Below are positions 19,689-30,140 of a stretch of 46,075 nucleotides of DNA, piece after piece. Made by a program: the position numbers and the translations under genes. The first letter of the stretch is position 1. Every line of letters begins with the position of its first letter. The DNA is from a virus, in IMG/VR virus record IMGVR_UViG_3300002461_000377, positions 1-46,075 of that record; one strand, given 5' to 3'. The notes beneath the pieces are model-generated. The model ran no database searches, was not told the DNA's origin, and worked only from the letters and a program-made list of their open reading frames with translations.

Positions 19689-20125
19689 GATATGCCAGTA
19701 CCGTTAATGTACCAGAGGGTTGCGGCAACTTTGATAGCTGTTGCCAAGCCGTTAGCCGCTATTACGCGAGAGCCAGTAGCAACGCCTCCAGCAAGCCGCA
19801 TCACATCGCTGGTGATGGCAATGGTAAGATCGCCGGCACCGCTGCCATTAACGAACGTAATGCACGTACCTATCGGGTATGCAACTGCGCCGTTCGCGGG
19901 AATGGTAAACGTGTGCGGGGTGCCCGAAGTATGATAGAGGTGGTAATTAGCGTCAGCTAATACTAGCCCGTAGTCAACGTTAATAAGCTGCTGCGGGATG
20001 CCAATCGGGGCGCTAGCGAGGCCCGCTACACGAATCTTAAGGAGCCGGATTTCGTCAGCTGCTACTCCCGCGGGATCGCCAAGCTGAGGTTTGCTAAGGT
20101 CAGTGGCAGACGCAGTGTAAGTCAT
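19685..20125 (-). CDS. Hypothetical virion protein (146 aa)
   Basis: ATGA-type overlap with the downstream ORF. Confidence 0.4.
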   Translation of the reverse strand: MTYTASATDLSKPQLGDPAGVAADEIRLLKIRVAGLASAPIGIPQQLINVDYGLVLADANYHLYHTSGTPHTFTIPANGAVAYPIGTCITFVNGSGAGDLTIAITSDVMRLAGGVATGSRVIAANGLATAIKVAATLWYINGTGIS

Positions 20126-20134
20126 GAGGAATCC

Positions 20135-20755
20135 TTATTTCGCTGCGACAGTCGCAAAGGACGTCAGCGCATCCGTGTAATTTTGCAAGTCCAGCGCTGC
20201 AAGTGTTTTAGTCTTGCCCGCGTCGGACGCAAGAATGGCAATGCGAAGCGCCGCATTTACTGCGAGCAACTCGGGCATCTTATCCATAAACCAGCTATTG
20301 AATGCCGTATACGGATACAGTGTCGGCCACGCAAGATAGCTGTACTTAATGCTGTTAATCTGCGTAGTGCTAATGAACCGGATATTACTCCCTAGCTCAT
20401 AATAGACGTTAGCAAGCTCGCGCCCGTAGCTATCAAGGATTGCGCTAGCGTCTGCGTTCCGGAATAGCGCGCCAGCAGCGCCACTCATAAGGCCCGTGTA
20501 AGGATCTATGCCCGCGGGATCCCACTTACGCATCCACTCGAACACGCGCAGATTTGGCCAAACAGTGTCCTTGTCCAGGTTGATAGTAAACGCCGGCGCG
20601 GGCAGCGTATACACTGCCTCGACCCTATCATTGCCCCAGTTCTCTACCGAGTGGTAGTGGCGAGCAGCACTAATAAGCGCCTGCCTGGTTTCCGCTACCC
20701 AGGCGCGCCTATTAGTAAGTGTGTATACTTCTTCCTCTAGCTCTGCGAAGATCAC
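20135..20755 (-). CDS. Putative head-tail adaptor or tail tubular A-like protein (206 aa)
   Basis: GTG at 20755 lies 6 nt after GGAG. The longer ORF starting at 20920 would overlap the upstream gene by 86 nt and encodes an Arg/Ser/Pro-rich N-terminus. Confidence 0.4.
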   Translation of the reverse strand: MIFAELEEEVYTLTNRRAWVAETRQALISAARHYHSVENWGNDRVEAVYTLPAPAFTINLDKDTVWPNLRVFEWMRKWDPAGIDPYTGLMSGAAGALFRNADASAILDSYGRELANVYYELGSNIRFISTTQINSIKYSYLAWPTLYPYTAFNSWFMDKMPELLAVNAALRIAILASDAGKTKTLAALDLQNYTDALTSFATVAAK

Positions 20756-20834
20756 TGCAAGCTCCAAAAAAGCTGCCAGCGCATTACACGCCGGCAGCAA
20801 ATCCCAGAAGGAAGGACATGCGCTACTGGGAGGA

Positions 20835-21371
20835 CTAGACGCTGCCCGGCGCGGGAGGATCGATGTTGAACTGCGACAACGCTGCCAGGGCGGCAGTAGT
20901 AGCGTCAGGATCTGGCGCACTGTTATCTACAGGTGCCGGCGGCACGGCATTAGGATCGATCTGAAGCGCCAAGAGTTGGTTCATGCGCTCCAGCAGTGCC
21001 GGGGTGGCAGCTGCCCGCACGTTGTCAGGAAGGGCGTCGTATACAAGCTGCTGCTTATTCTCCGCCGCGTGCGCAACAGCAAGAGAGAGTGCGAACATCG
21101 CGTCAGCATCATCAGCGGTGCGGGCACTCGATTGAATCTGAAATGCCTGCGGAGATGCGCCAAACTGAGGCACTTCGCCGTCGCTCTTGAAGATAAGCGG
21201 GTTAGTACCAAAACGGCACAGCGCGTTCAGTTCTTCTATCTCCAGCCGGTCCGAGGTCTCGAAATAGTGATTGGGGAAATAGCAGTCGTGCCCGTCCTTG
21301 AAAACAAAGCGGGCACCTGCTACGCGAGAGTAGAAACGTTCCGTGTTAACTGCCTGCGATCCTTGACTCAT
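20835..21371 (-). CDS. Hypothetical head-completion-module protein (178 aa)
   Basis: ORF located between the capsid and tail genes. Confidence 0.45.
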   Translation of the reverse strand: MSQGSQAVNTERFYSRVAGARFVFKDGHDCYFPNHYFETSDRLEIEELNALCRFGTNPLIFKSDGEVPQFGASPQAFQIQSSARTADDADAMFALSLAVAHAAENKQQLVYDALPDNVRAAATPALLERMNQLLALQIDPNAVPPAPVDNSAPDPDATTAALAALSQFNIDPPAPGSV

Positions 21372-21424
21372 GATATGTCCTTTCGTAGTTATAGATAACC
21401 CTACCGCAGTGTCAAGTCCTTGCG

Positions 21425-21742
21425 CTAGCCAATCACCAAAAACGGGCCCTGGTTGGCGCGGAGGAACTGAGTCAGCTGTATTGCCGGCACGTTAGTAATT
21501 ACGCCGGCGGTTGGGGTGTAAACAACCGAGTTGATTGTAATACTGGTGATCACCGAGGGAAGTCTGATTTCTCCCGGGCCCGAGTTTGCCTGGATTAGCG
21601 AAGGGCGTGTGCGTTCCAAGCATAGTTCCGTAGCTTCATTTGCTGTAATGCCAGTAACCAAGCCCGCAGCGTCCGGAGCTTTCACCCCGGACGTTACGAA
21701 CGTGATACTTTCGACATTCCGCGGCACGCGAACATCTGCCAC
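21425..21742 (-). CDS. Hypothetical protein (105 aa)
   Basis: ORF immediately downstream of the capsid gene. Confidence 0.4.
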   Translation of the reverse strand: MADVRVPRNVESITFVTSGVKAPDAAGLVTGITANEATELCLERTRPSLIQANSGPGEIRLPSVITSITINSVVYTPTAGVITNVPAIQLTQFLRANQGPFLVIG

Positions 21743-21762
21743 TTGCAGTCTCCTTCGTGCGA

Positions 21763-22980
21763 TTAACCTGCGGCGCCGGCCGTGAAGTTGTAGAAGACCC
21801 CGAAAGCTGCAGGGTTCTTCACGGTGCAGGTAAGCTCCGTGGTAAGAGTTCCACCGACAGCGTCAATGCCGTTATCTTGCGCGACACTGCCACTAGCGTT
21901 GAACTCTTTGCTCTCCGTACGCCGGTCGCCAAGGTAAGCAACGTTGAACGTAGAGAGATCGACAGCAACTGCCATCCGCGCCCAGGTGCTAGCAGTACCG
22001 AAGGCGTTAAACAGCGGGTGCTCAATCATCGTGAACTTGCCGCGGGCAATCTTAAACTGCGAGAATTGCAGGCCGAAGCTAGTTTGCCCGTCCATGATCT
22101 GATACTGGCCATTGAGGCGGCCGATAGCAGTAATCACGCGGCGGGCAACACCACCGACGAAGAGAATGCGCTCATTAGGTGCCCGCGGATCTGCTACCAC
22201 GTTGAACAGCGGGTCCATCGCAGTTTCCATCTGCGTGAAGTTGGTGGTAGCACCAAAGGTCGTGATGTTCGCCGGAGCGTTGTTGACCACGAGGTTGATG
22301 AGGCCATCCATCAGCGAGAACGGTTGACCGTTGCGGGAACCCTGGAACTTCTGGCCCCAGAACAACGCCTTCTCGATATCCACTGCGTGGAAGAGCGCGC
22401 AGTCTTGACGATTCTCAGCAACAGTGCTGTCGCCGGCAATGACCTGCGTAGCACGCATCGAGTTGGAAAGCGCCCAGGTATTACGGAAGATCTGGGTGAA
22501 GTTCGTAATACGCACGGGAGCGATACTGAGAGCTTGCGGGCGCAAAGACGACTGCTCGAAAGCATTGCCGATCATAAACAGCGAGGTAGAAGCGCCCATC
22601 GCTGCCGCACCGATAGTACCAACTCCGCGGGCAGCCGTTACTTGCGTCGGGCTGATAACGGCGTTGATAATAATATTCTCGCCGGTAACATCATGACGGA
22701 ACATCATGCCCGGGATCACATTGGCGGTGCTAAGGCAGGTGAGGGTGGTATCACCAGAAGCCTGGCCGGCGCCTGTCAGCGTGATTGACGGGAAGATCAT
22801 GGTTTTCGTGAAGAAGCCATGCTCTTGCTGAACAGCAGTCTCGCTCTTGAGCATGCTGGTAAGCCCGAAGAGCGGTGCTTGCCCTGCGGGGAACAGCCGT
22901 GTGATCATGCCCGCAAAAGATTTGCGTGCGTAATCTGCGGGCATGTGGATGCTGCTAGTATTTGCAACGCCGACTGGCAT
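21763..22980 (-). CDS. Major capsid protein (405 aa)
   Basis: Size, position after the scaffold-like gene, AGGAG upstream of the ATG, and even codon usage that produces a long antisense shadow ORF. Confidence 0.6.
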   Translation of the reverse strand: MPVGVANTSSIHMPADYARKSFAGMITRLFPAGQAPLFGLTSMLKSETAVQQEHGFFTKTMIFPSITLTGAGQASGDTTLTCLSTANVIPGMMFRHDVTGENIIINAVISPTQVTAARGVGTIGAAAMGASTSLFMIGNAFEQSSLRPQALSIAPVRITNFTQIFRNTWALSNSMRATQVIAGDSTVAENRQDCALFHAVDIEKALFWGQKFQGSRNGQPFSLMDGLINLVVNNAPANITTFGATTNFTQMETAMDPLFNVVADPRAPNERILFVGGVARRVITAIGRLNGQYQIMDGQTSFGLQFSQFKIARGKFTMIEHPLFNAFGTASTWARMAVAVDLSTFNVAYLGDRRTESKEFNASGSVAQDNGIDAVGGTLTTELTCTVKNPAAFGVFYNFTAGAAG

Positions 22981-23042
22981 GGTTGCGATCTCCTAAGTTT
23001 CGAAGTATGCTACTGATTGTTAATGAGAGGCAAAGATGCCAG

Positions 23043-23699
23043 TTACGCGGTGCCGGCGAAAAGCCCGCTGATGTTAATTACCGGCGAGTACACCTGAGCA
23101 ACTCCGGTAGCAGTTGCACTAGCGTTAGCGCTCAGCGTGAGAGTGCCCGCAGAACGGTTGATAGCACTGATGAGCGTGCCGGCGGTGATACCTGCGCCGC
23201 TAACCATCATGCCGACACTAAGCGTATCCAGCTGCGCAGCAGTAAGACCGCCGACAGTCGGAGATGCGTTCGTGGTATTTACGTTGTATGCTTGGCGGGG
23301 CGTATCATTCAGCACCGTCAGCAAGTACGTACGAATCACAGAAGCTGCAACGTTGACGTTCGTGCCCAGCTGGATACCTTCGCCGGCGGCCGCAGTCATA
23401 GCCTGCGCGACACCATTGATGAAAGTAAAGCGCCAGCTAACACCTTGCTTGGCATCGAATCCGAACTGCGGAGCGCCCGAAAGTGCCGTCAAGATGTTCG
23501 TGGCAGTATCGAAAGTATCCGTGTAGCCAACACCAGGCCCAGTGCGACGAAGGATGCCCGCAGCAATCGAAGCTGCAAGGATTGTTCCAGCGCCGGCGGT
23601 AGTAAGAGTGTCGATTCTCTCGTTAGTAACTGCGAGATCACCAGCCTCCGCAAGCCGGGCGTGCCCACTTGCCATAATCAACGGACGTGCGATAGTCAT
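23043..23699 (-). CDS. Ala/Gly/Thr-rich structural protein, possibly a capsid decoration or accessory protein (218 aa)
   Basis: Lies between the scaffold-like gene and the capsid gene. Confidence 0.45.
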   Translation of the reverse strand: MTIARPLIMASGHARLAEAGDLAVTNERIDTLTTAGAGTILAASIAAGILRRTGPGVGYTDTFDTATNILTALSGAPQFGFDAKQGVSWRFTFINGVAQAMTAAAGEGIQLGTNVNVAASVIRTYLLTVLNDTPRQAYNVNTTNASPTVGGLTAAQLDTLSVGMMVSGAGITAGTLISAINRSAGTLTLSANASATATGVAQVYSPVINISGLFAGTA

Positions 23700-23735
23700 T
23701 GTTGCAACTCCTGTGAAGTTATACTACCGTAGAAA

Positions 23736-24599
23736 TTAAGAACCTGGTATTGCAGCTGAGAAGAAGCCTTCCCAGTCGTCAGTAGAAGTGCCCGCGTTTT
23801 GCGTGGTACTCCGGCCACCGTTGTTGTTACCTGCCGAGCCCTTAGCAGCATTCGCAGTTTCGCCGGCACTGTACATATCCAGCATGCCTTTGAGATACTG
23901 CTTCGCCATGCTCTGAAGTTCACTAGCAGTGGCGTTCGGGTGCTTGTTTTGAATTTGCTTTTGGAGAGCGGTGAGGACAGGAGCGGCGCCAGGATGAGAA
24001 AATACCGGGTTTTCCGATATCAGCTGATCGCTTGTCATGTGCTCTTTGACCATCCCAGGAAGCCGCGAAGTGAGATTCGCGTCCTGCTTCTTAAGGGCGT
24101 CTTCCATCAGCTTAACTGCACTCTGTGCTGCCAGCATGTACGTATTACGGCCGACAGAGTTCATTGCATCGATGAAAGCTTGCTGGTCGCCACCAAGAGC
24201 TTTGGCAACTAGGTCAGGCGGGACGTTACTCGCAAGATTAACTTTGCTGAGAGCTTCGCCCATCTTCGCAGGATCAAATGCGATGCTGACCGCGTTATTC
24301 GTAGGCGGCAAAGGATTGCCTTTGTCGTCTTTAGCAGTATCCCATAGCGCCGTGAAAGCGTCAAGCGGGGATTTATTGTCGCCAGTGCCGCCAAGATCTC
24401 CCGTGCCACCAGCACTAGCAGGAGCGCCAGTACCAGCTCCAGGATTTGGGGCTCCCGTACCAGCAGGGGCGGAGTTCCCGCCAGGACCAGCGCCAGGAAT
24501 TCCGGTCGTGCCAGCAGTAGGTGTCGCGGGCTGCCCCGCAAATGACATTCCAGCGTTCGGGGCCAGATTGAACATGCTCATAATACTAGCTTCGGACAT
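23736..24599 (-). CDS. Scaffolding-like protein (287 aa)
   Basis: Gly/Pro/Ala low-complexity N-terminus followed by a helical charged region. Lies between the portal and capsid genes. Confidence 0.5.
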   Translation of the reverse strand: MSEASIMSMFNLAPNAGMSFAGQPATPTAGTTGIPGAGPGGNSAPAGTGAPNPGAGTGAPASAGGTGDLGGTGDNKSPLDAFTALWDTAKDDKGNPLPPTNNAVSIAFDPAKMGEALSKVNLASNVPPDLVAKALGGDQQAFIDAMNSVGRNTYMLAAQSAVKLMEDALKKQDANLTSRLPGMVKEHMTSDQLISENPVFSHPGAAPVLTALQKQIQNKHPNATASELQSMAKQYLKGMLDMYSAGETANAAKGSAGNNNGGRSTTQNAGTSTDDWEGFFSAAIPGS

Positions 24600-24624
24600 G
24601 ATTGCCTTCCTTCTCGATTAATTA

Positions 24625-24963
24625 TTAAGGATGTGCTTTGGGAACATCGGGAGCAGATTTGCGGGCCGCACCTTCCCGCTCCTGCCGTTGCTGGGCGATC
24701 CTAGAAAGTAACTCGGGCAGCGTAGTTTCCTCCTCGGTAAGCAATTCTAGAAGTACGTCTATCTTCCCGCGAATGTATGCCTCATTCTGCATGAATTCGT
24801 GAGACTTCGTAGGATCGTAAAAGATATTAAGCTTCTGTACTGCGTACTGTGATACCTTTGACTGCATATACAGGCGCTGAAGATTGTTGAAAGTTACAGC
24901 TACTTTCAGTTCCTCATCCGTGAGCACATACTCGTCAAAGATACTAGCTATTTGTTGTGGCAT
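24625..24963 (-). CDS. Hypothetical protein (112 aa)
   Basis: ORF downstream of the portal gene. Confidence 0.45.
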   Translation of the reverse strand: MPQQIASIFDEYVLTDEELKVAVTFNNLQRLYMQSKVSQYAVQKLNIFYDPTKSHEFMQNEAYIRGKIDVLLELLTEEETTLPELLSRIAQQRQEREGAARKSAPDVPKAHP

Positions 24964-24994
24964 CGCGCATGTCCTTTGATGTTAGATATTGTTA

Positions 24995-26899
24995 TTACGC
25001 GGGTGCTGCTTGGCCCGCGGCTGCTGCTGCTTGCTGGTCCGGAGGAGTTTCTGCTTGCGTTCTTGCTGCAAGCTGCTGCATCATCTGCGCCTTTTCCTCC
25101 GGCGATCTCTTAAAGTCAGAGAGCGTGATACGCATTCCCTGCTCGCGGTAGAAGTACGCAAACATCCCCATGAGATCGTACTCCATTGCCATCTCCGGGA
25201 TTGCAACAGCTGTCTGCATAAAGACCTGCATGAAGTCGCTGTTAAGTACCTTATCCGCGGGCAGGAGTCCATCGGTAATCGTATACTGGAAACTCTGGTC
25301 CCGCAAAGTCTCCGGGTTGATTTCGACGCGCTCTTTATTATTGAGATTGTAATAACTAGCCGCTTGCTGGTACTGCAGGATATTCAGCTTGATGATTTCC
25401 TTCAGCGGAGTAAGTGCCTGCGCTTGAATGAACAGTGCCATCATCTGCAGGCGCGAGTTGCTGTTACTCATCACCGTCTGGAATTCCCGCAGCGTTTTAT
25501 TCCCGCGCTGGAACTGGCCTTCCTGCACCTTGTTAATACCATTGATGTAGCCGGCCATCTCCCATACGGACTGCGATTCCTGCGTAAAGAATTGCGCGTT
25601 CCTGTCGTCGAAGGGGAACTGATAAACGGCGTCATTAACGCTCTTACCGTAAAGCCCGGGCCTTACAGGTATCTTCGCCGTAACTGATGGGCTATTGATA
25701 TCAGCTTCGCGAATACGTGTAGGATCATAGAGCACCCTATCAGTAAGCCGGCGACGGGCAGAAGCAATACGAGAGTTCCACAACGCAGAAGCAACGTCTT
25801 GGCTATTAACAACATTCTGTGCGAAACTCTTCGTTTGATAGCCAAGACCCAGACCATCTTCAAGAGGCTGAGAGAAGATAATAGGAAGGAGATTATGCGC
25901 ATTGGTCTTACGCTCCGCGTAGACAACAACGCTGTTATTGATGATGACGAATTTCCAAATCTGCGGCAGATTGCGCGCGGGCACATTCATACCAAAATCC
26001 GCGGGAATGATACGAGCATACAAGGTCAGGCGCTCGTACATATTATTATACTGTATTCCGCTTTTCTGCTGGCCCGCAGTTGCCCACGCCATCCAGTTAG
26101 TAGATGCCCGCGGGTTATGTTGCAGCAACGGATCAGGATTCACGCTGGGGATATAATAGTTCTCATATAGCCCATAAGGAGCTTCGAAAGCTTTTACCTT
26201 ATTTGATGCTATACCGTCGGGCAGATTCTCGAGATACTGCTTGAGTTCGATGCGAGATACCAGCTCGACGTAGCCCGCAAATTCTCCCTTGGTATGAACT
26301 TCCGCGGGCGCCACTCTGGTATCCCAAAGCGTATTATACATGTCCATACGCTTGAGCTTATTACCTTGCCAGAGCAAGTCTTTGGGCCGGCCAACCTTCG
26401 AGTTAAATGTCAGGTCCGTAATAGGCTGATAGATTGTTTCCTCAGCCCAATCGCATTCGATAGCGTTGATGTTATACTTAAGACCGTCACGGAACCATAG
26501 CAGCAAGTGGCGTATCCAGCCCTGCCGGATGCTATTCTCCATGAGAATCGTCTCCGCCATAACAGCGGCCTCATCGGGCACTGACGGCTTAGCTACGATG
26601 CCGAAGATGGGGTTGCCCGTGAGAAATACGCTGGCAAGATACGCAAGCGCAGTTTCTGTCTGCGTATACACGATAGGGACAACGACATCTTGTATCTTGC
26701 TCTTGTCGCCGACCCGATTTGCGGCCCTGCTAGCTCCGTCGTCGTAACCGTAGTTACCTTCGCGCTGATACGCAATGTCGATATTTTCTAGTTTCGGGCG
26801 CACATCCCAGTGCTCCCCAAGCATGTTAGTACAATTTCGGGCAAAGTCTAGCACTGAGTCTTGCGACTTGGGTGCTAGCGCGGACGGATAATCGGGCAT
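24995..26899 (-). CDS. Portal protein (634 aa)
   Basis: Size and position in the terminase/head-morphogenesis module. Acidic, Gln/Ala-rich C-terminal tail. Confidence 0.7.
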   Translation of the reverse strand: MPDYPSALAPKSQDSVLDFARNCTNMLGEHWDVRPKLENIDIAYQREGNYGYDDGASRAANRVGDKSKIQDVVVPIVYTQTETALAYLASVFLTGNPIFGIVAKPSVPDEAAVMAETILMENSIRQGWIRHLLLWFRDGLKYNINAIECDWAEETIYQPITDLTFNSKVGRPKDLLWQGNKLKRMDMYNTLWDTRVAPAEVHTKGEFAGYVELVSRIELKQYLENLPDGIASNKVKAFEAPYGLYENYYIPSVNPDPLLQHNPRASTNWMAWATAGQQKSGIQYNNMYERLTLYARIIPADFGMNVPARNLPQIWKFVIINNSVVVYAERKTNAHNLLPIIFSQPLEDGLGLGYQTKSFAQNVVNSQDVASALWNSRIASARRRLTDRVLYDPTRIREADINSPSVTAKIPVRPGLYGKSVNDAVYQFPFDDRNAQFFTQESQSVWEMAGYINGINKVQEGQFQRGNKTLREFQTVMSNSNSRLQMMALFIQAQALTPLKEIIKLNILQYQQAASYYNLNNKERVEINPETLRDQSFQYTITDGLLPADKVLNSDFMQVFMQTAVAIPEMAMEYDLMGMFAYFYREQGMRITLSDFKRSPEEKAQMMQQLAARTQAETPPDQQAAAAAGQAAPA

Positions 26900-26904
26900 G
26901 ACTA

Positions 26905-27369
26905 TTAATCTCCTCTTAGCAGTAATTCAACATTACGCTCGCGGCGTAATACTAATCCTGGGAGTTTCTGTCCTCCGCCCCAGACCCAGAGCCGCAATTG
27001 CGCCGCCGCACCCTGCCAATCACGCGCGTTAATACGACGACGCAACGTGCTAGCAGCGAGTCTGCCGTGGCCAAGATTGAAAGTAAAATCAACGATGGCA
27101 GCGAGACGTGAACTTTTCTCGAAAGACAGCACAGGACAAAGCGTAATCGTAGATACGAGAGCCGAGCGCATATCTTTCGCCAAAAGCGCTTCGCCTTGCA
27201 TCTCAGTAATCGCCGGATGCGTCTTTGCGCACAGATGCCCGTAACCAATAGTCCAAAAATTAGCTGGACACAAATATGGAACAGCCATGATGACAGGCTT
27301 TCTCTGCACGATCCTATGAAAGCCTTCGCTGATTTTGCAAAGGTCGATAGCTTCCTGAGGAACTTCCAC
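26905..27369 (-). CDS. Endolysin, GH24 (T4-lysozyme-like) muramidase (154 aa)
   Basis: ISEGFHR ... FWTIGYGH ... AIVDFTFNLG blocks characteristic of phage lysozymes. Confidence 0.8.
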   Translation of the reverse strand: MEVPQEAIDLCKISEGFHRIVQRKPVIMAVPYLCPANFWTIGYGHLCAKTHPAITEMQGEALLAKDMRSALVSTITLCPVLSFEKSSRLAAIVDFTFNLGHGRLAASTLRRRINARDWQGAAAQLRLWVWGGGQKLPGLVLRRERNVELLLRGD

Positions 27370-27378
27370 GAGAACTCC

Positions 27379-27864
27379 TTATCCAATACGCTTCATTACA
27401 CGATCAAGGAACCAGAAGCTGAGGATGCCCGCAAGTATCCCCGCATCTTCCGGCCCGTAAATCTGGGTAATAGCTGCGGGAGCAGACAATCCGCCGCCTT
27501 GATAAGCTAGCCAGAAGCCGGCAGCCTTACTTGACATGTACAGTGCTACGAGCATGTAAGTAACCATCGGGCGCACCGACGCTGAAAGTTTCGCGGACCA
27601 GCCGCCAGCAGCTACTGACATGTCTGCCTGCCCGCGAAGTGCTGCGGTAACAGCGTCAAGAGACGCAAGGACGTTAGCTCCTTCAGTCGCTATTAGCAGC
27701 TGTTTCTCCGCAGCATCTGCACGCTGCCGATCCATTTCAAGTTGCTTATCGAACATGCGGACTTCGTGCTCCCGCTCATTCTTCTTATCGAAGTGTTTTA
27801 TCACATCGGGAGCAAGACGAAAGACGCCGCCGAGGAAGCTGCCAAGAATAGTTTCAAGGATCAT
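27379..27864 (-). CDS. Putative holin, 3-TM type (161 aa)
   Basis: N-terminal amphipathic segment, a charged coiled region, then hydrophobic helices (MVTYMLVALYM, ILAGILSFWFL). Directly upstream of the endolysin. Confidence 0.5.
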   Translation of the reverse strand: MILETILGSFLGGVFRLAPDVIKHFDKKNEREHEVRMFDKQLEMDRQRADAAEKQLLIATEGANVLASLDAVTAALRGQADMSVAAGGWSAKLSASVRPMVTYMLVALYMSSKAAGFWLAYQGGGLSAPAAITQIYGPEDAGILAGILSFWFLDRVMKRIG

Positions 27865-27891
27865 AATTACCTGCTCCAGGAGATAGAAAAA

Positions 27892-29493
27892 TTAAATTGC
27901 GGACGTTGCAGCTTCACTGCGTACACTAGCGTGATACGAATCGTCAATGCCGGCCATCATGATTGGCATAGTAAGCAAGTGCCAATACACTTCGATGATC
28001 TTTCTTACGTATCCCAGAATGTCCAGGATATCGTCTTTGTTCTTCTGTGATAGCGGATCGAATGCAGCGATCTGCCCAAATACCTCGGCCCGCACGGTCT
28101 GCGCTATTAACGTCTCGCCGGCAATGAGTTCCTGGAAGACACGCTTGATGCGGGCATTCTTACTAACACCTTGCGGGTCCACAGGCTGAAATGCGATGCC
28201 TTCCAACTGCAGCTTCTCAGCGAAGAAGTTAAACCAATACAGTAGCGTATCCTGATACGCAACGTTCTCAACGCATATCAGGGGCGTCTTATGTACAAGC
28301 GCCATTACCAGCGATCTCTTTATCGTATCGCCTGGCGATAGCACCTCATTGACCAGCTCGACGAGGTACGGTTTCCCGTCGTATACAGAGAACCTACCAA
28401 TGACGGTATTATCGCTTTTCTTCCTTTTCCCGCCGGGGTCGATGATGATAAAACTTCCTTGCGGAAGTTCTTTGAAAAGTGCCGGATTGGGGTTAGGCAT
28501 CTTTCTAACATCAATGCCGCTTCTACCCCCTGATGTCTCGTCATTTTGTACTTCTGCGAAGAATATTTCTGGATGTCCAGCTTCGACGTCATGCTTAAGC
28601 TCCTGCAGTAACTGCTTGATAGGCTGCAGCTCTTCCCAGAGGGAGGTGAAGTTAGCAAGGATGCCGCCGGTAATTAGCTTAACCCACTGAGTGTTGCTTT
28701 TCAGCTTCCGTAGAATCGAGCCTTCATACGGATACATGTTACCGATGAAGATATAAAGACATCCCAGGTGTGAGCGTGTTTTCATCAGCGTAGAGAGCAT
28801 CCACTGGTACAGTGCCCGCGCTTCGATGTCACTAGCAGCGCCTTCGCGGGTCTGTATATCCTCCATGATGATGAGATCGGGCCTATTATGCTTGAGGTTA
28901 AGACCCCGCAGGGAACTGCCGGCACCGAGGGCTGCGATAGTAATGCTTCTATTACGATACCCGAATTTCTTGAGAGCTTGCGAATCTTTCTCTAAGCCAA
29001 GGCGCCAATTACCAAAAAGCGTCTTGATATTCTCCTCATCTAGCATGTCTGCGATGTCAGCAAGGATGTTCTCTGCCAATGTCGCTGTTGAGGCAACTAT
29101 CAAGATCAACTTCTTGTTCGTAAAGAGTACGCAGTAGACTACAAATATCTTTATGAACGTAGTTTTAGCGAATCCCCGCGGGATGCCAATAGCAATCTTG
29201 CTGAAATCCCGCACCATATTTACCTTCTCCAGCAGCAAGTGCCAGATAGCAAGGTAAAACGCGGGAAAGAGCATGGTAATTACTGAAGGCAGTATCAGGC
29301 CCGAGAAGAAATTAAGATCTTTCTTCGCAATCTCAGTTACTTCCCGGGCATCGAAGGCACTTTCCTGCTCGATGCTCTCCGGATTACCAACATCCTGCGA
29401 AAATCCCGGGTAACTACCAGGCAACGGCGGCACAGAACTATCTGCGCTCGCGCCGGCACCCAGTTTACCGAGGATATCGTTGATATTAGGCAT
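27892..29493 (-). CDS. terL: Terminase large subunit (533 aa)
   Basis: Walker A-like GIPRGFAKTT, Walker B LIIMEDIQT, and C-terminal nuclease-like FIIIDPGGKRK. Confidence 0.85.
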   Translation of the reverse strand: MPNINDILGKLGAGASADSSVPPLPGSYPGFSQDVGNPESIEQESAFDAREVTEIAKKDLNFFSGLILPSVITMLFPAFYLAIWHLLLEKVNMVRDFSKIAIGIPRGFAKTTFIKIFVVYCVLFTNKKLILIVASTATLAENILADIADMLDEENIKTLFGNWRLGLEKDSQALKKFGYRNRSITIAALGAGSSLRGLNLKHNRPDLIIMEDIQTREGAASDIEARALYQWMLSTLMKTRSHLGCLYIFIGNMYPYEGSILRKLKSNTQWVKLITGGILANFTSLWEELQPIKQLLQELKHDVEAGHPEIFFAEVQNDETSGGRSGIDVRKMPNPNPALFKELPQGSFIIIDPGGKRKKSDNTVIGRFSVYDGKPYLVELVNEVLSPGDTIKRSLVMALVHKTPLICVENVAYQDTLLYWFNFFAEKLQLEGIAFQPVDPQGVSKNARIKRVFQELIAGETLIAQTVRAEVFGQIAAFDPLSQKNKDDILDILGYVRKIIEVYWHLLTMPIMMAGIDDSYHASVRSEAATSAI

Positions 29494-29519
29494 TGCGGGG
29501 ATACCGCTTACAGGACTCG

Positions 29520-30140
29520 TTAAATTCCATACTTTGTTTCGAGCTCTCCTTCAAGCACTCTGCCAGCAATTCTTGCTCGCGCTGCCTCCTTAAGAGCTGC
29601 AACTGCCTCAGTTTCTCCTCCTCCGGTGCCGGCGGCGTCTGTGAGCAGCTTATCGATGTCTTCACCTTGTACCTCCTTCATTAGTACATTAGATGGCATA
29701 GTTGCGAGTTCTTGGGAATCGACCCCGATGACAATGCCGCTAGCATCAACTTGAAAGCGGGCAGTGACTATATTCGGCATCGATAGTTTAACGATAGTCT
29801 TGAATTGCTGCCCGCTCGTAGGATCGGAACTCCCACGACGCTGAGCCTTATTAAGAAGCATGAGGGCCCGAAATACTTCCCCAGGCTTTACGAAGAAATC
29901 CTTGATATCATCGAGCTTCTCAAGGAAGTAATCTTCGAGTTGATCATAGCGCTGATCCCGCAGTGTAGCACTCTGCAAGTTCTGAAAGCGCAACTCCGCT
30001 ACTTTCTGCGCAAAATCATCCTCTGATAGCAGCTGAGAAACGCGGGAGATGTCAATACCGAGTGCAAGCGCTACCACGGTAGGAGATTGTCCATTACCTA
30101 ACAACTGCAATGCTCGATCCCGGGTACTATTACCACTCAT
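29520..30140 (-). CDS. Terminase small subunit candidate with a helix-turn-helix (206 aa)
   Basis: ATG at 30140 lies 8 nt after AAGGGAG. HTH-like SPTVVALALGIDISRVSQLLS. Immediately upstream of terL. The longer GTG start at 30305 lacks an RBS. Confidence 0.5.
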   Translation of the reverse strand: MSGNSTRDRALQLLGNGQSPTVVALALGIDISRVSQLLSEDDFAQKVAELRFQNLQSATLRDQRYDQLEDYFLEKLDDIKDFFVKPGEVFRALMLLNKAQRRGSSDPTSGQQFKTIVKLSMPNIVTARFQVDASGIVIGVDSQELATMPSNVLMKEVQGEDIDKLLTDAAGTGGGETEAVAALKEAARARIAGRVLEGELETKYGI

